DNA of 64,000 nucleotides from an uncultured Verrucomicrobia subdivision 3 bacterium (GTDB lineage Bacteria; Verrucomicrobiota; Verrucomicrobiia; Limisphaerales; UBA11358): NCBI GenBank assembly GCA_903895255.1, contig CAITTG010000078.1, positions 11,739 to 75,738 of the forward strand, read 5' to 3'. Shown piece by piece: positions 63,562 to 64,000 of this stretch (position 1 is its first letter; each line of letters starts with the position of its first letter). The notes under the pieces were generated by a model. It saw only the letters and a program-made list of their open reading frames with translations, ran no database searches and was not told where the DNA came from. The position numbers and the translations under genes were made by a program.

Positions 63562-64000
63562 ACAGCAGACTATCGTAGTCTGGCCATTTTCCTTTTGCCG
63601 GCCACCCTGCGACTACGCGAAGCGTCCTGGAGTGCGCGCAGTCCTCTGCCGCTTTTGCAGACCGACGTCCCATCATCATGAACCATGGGCAGCATTGCAT
63701 CGGCTGATTATTCTACCGCTCGCCAAGCGAGGGGCTGTGGTAAGGGGGAACGTCCAAAACCTGTCGATTGAAAACCACTTTTTCCCAGCCCTGATAAGGG
63801 CGAAAAAGAACAGCCCAGGGCAACCGAGCATCGCGAGGGCCGCCCTGGGTACCACCCCCAATAATTCTGCTCCCTCCCCTCCATTTCAGAAATGGAGGGG
63901 AGGGCGGGGGAGGGGAGGCGCTCACAAAAAAACTCTATTTTATCAGCAGTTTGGGAAGTGAAAAGATGCAACCTTGCTACTTTTTTAGAATTATTTATTT

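Overview
GC-rich bacterial chromosomal segment, probably from a Verrucomicrobiota/PVC-type organism. That placement is an inference from giant secreted proteins with autotransporter-associated beta-strand repeats, many lipoproteins and glycosidases; it is not a database result. The dominant feature is a 36,919-bp integrative island (6938-43856) inserted at the 3' end of tRNA-Ser(GCU). It is bounded by an exact 34-bp direct repeat, with a tyrosine integrase at the distal end. The island carries four modules. (1) A restriction-modification-like defence locus: SNF2/DUF3883-type helicase, DUF1156-type DPPY methyltransferase and DUF499-type ATPase. This locus is interrupted by visibly AT-richer accessory cassettes, including a pair of proteins with HEPN-type R-x4-H motifs, and it shows a recombination scar and a mosaic methylase. 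(2) An excisionase-like / primase / RecA-like ATPase replication module. (3) A small secreted-protein paralogue pair split by a PIN-type toxin-antitoxin insertion. (4) A Tc/Rhs-type polymorphic toxin locus: a 2321-aa SpvB/TcB-like + FG-GAP + RHS cocoon protein whose AT-rich C-terminal tip looks like a T4-lysozyme-type muramidase, preceded by a parvulin-like chaperone and two large accessory proteins. Left flank: SWIM/SNF2 helicase (partial), beta-helix/PDZ secreted protein, alginate-lyase-family protein. Right flank: three translationally coupled lipoproteins, a repeat-rich secreted protein, GH127, the first four genes of the S10 ribosomal operon ending at a terminator, a 2166-aa S53-peptidase/beta-strand-repeat protein, a VapBC-like TA pair, tilS and a GH16 glucanase. 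Many long ORFs in the supplied track are antisense shadow ORFs of GC-rich genes and were not called. All family assignments come from motif recognition by eye and need profile or structure searches.
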